From positions 19,211 through 83,210 of IMG/VR virus record IMGVR_UViG_3300050821_001227: 64,000 nucleotides of DNA. One strand, given 5' to 3'. This document shows, piece by piece, positions 63,819-64,000 of this stretch (the first letter of the stretch is position 1; every line of letters begins with the position of its first letter). The DNA is from a virus. Position numbers and translations under genes: made by a program. The notes beneath the pieces were generated by a model. That model had not been told where the DNA came from and did no database searches. It saw nothing but the letters and a program-made list of their open reading frames with translations.

Positions 63819-63999
63819 TCTCAGAATGTACCGCATTGTCAGCGGATTTGTCAAGGGCTTTCTTAGCCTTATTTTCCTTGCGCTTGGCGACGTAGTCTGT
63901 GATGGTCAGACCATACGCATCCAGCACGGCCTGTGCCCCGGCGTTGTAGCCCTTCGCACGCGCCATCTGTCGCGCCAGACTCAGGATGACGCCTTCAAT
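63811..63999 (-). CDS. 3' end of a hypothetical protein entering from beyond the window
   Basis: Open frame IEGVILSLARQMARAKGY...ENG*. Confidence 0.5.
   Translation of the reverse strand: MEGVILSLARQMARAKGYNAGAQAVLDAYGLTITDYVAKRKENKAKKALDKSADNAVHSENG
63825..63854 (-). promoter_or_regulatory. sigma70-type promoter, probably leaderless
   Basis: TTGACA(63854-63849)-18 nt-TACATT(63830-63825)-6 nt-ATG(63818). Confidence 0.7.
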
Positions 64000-64000
64000 C

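Overview
This window is a 64-kb segment of a tailed dsDNA phage with podovirus-like organisation. The left end (1-4.9 kb, minus strand) carries a family A DNA polymerase running off the window start, a primase-helicase and an SSB. An AT-rich, repeat-flanked divergent region (4.9-5.25 kb) follows and is a candidate origin. The long plus-strand arm (5.3-57.7 kb) holds small genes (including a JAB/MPN protein and a dual-specificity phosphatase), terminase, portal, scaffold, a split major capsid gene, two adaptor paralogues, tail proteins, ejection proteins, lysis-type membrane genes, a nucleotide-metabolism cluster, two tRNAs and a DUF3494 ice-binding protein. The right end (57.7-64 kb, minus strand) has a nucleotidyltransferase, a ClpB-like ATPase and a GH108 endolysin. 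About 13 homing-endonuclease genes or remnants are scattered through the window. Three observations stand out. (1) The capsid gene is interrupted twice: by a complete LAGLIDADG group I intron and, 101 nt upstream of it, by a 40-nt insert with group I splice-site features (P1 with U.G, P10, terminal G) but no catalytic core. (2) Four free-standing endonuclease genes share a sequence-unrelated but structurally identical leader whose hairpin loop pairs with the RBS region. (3) The ice-binding protein is built from modules also found in the phage's tail protein. All protein calls come from motif recognition by eye; no database searches or folding software were run.
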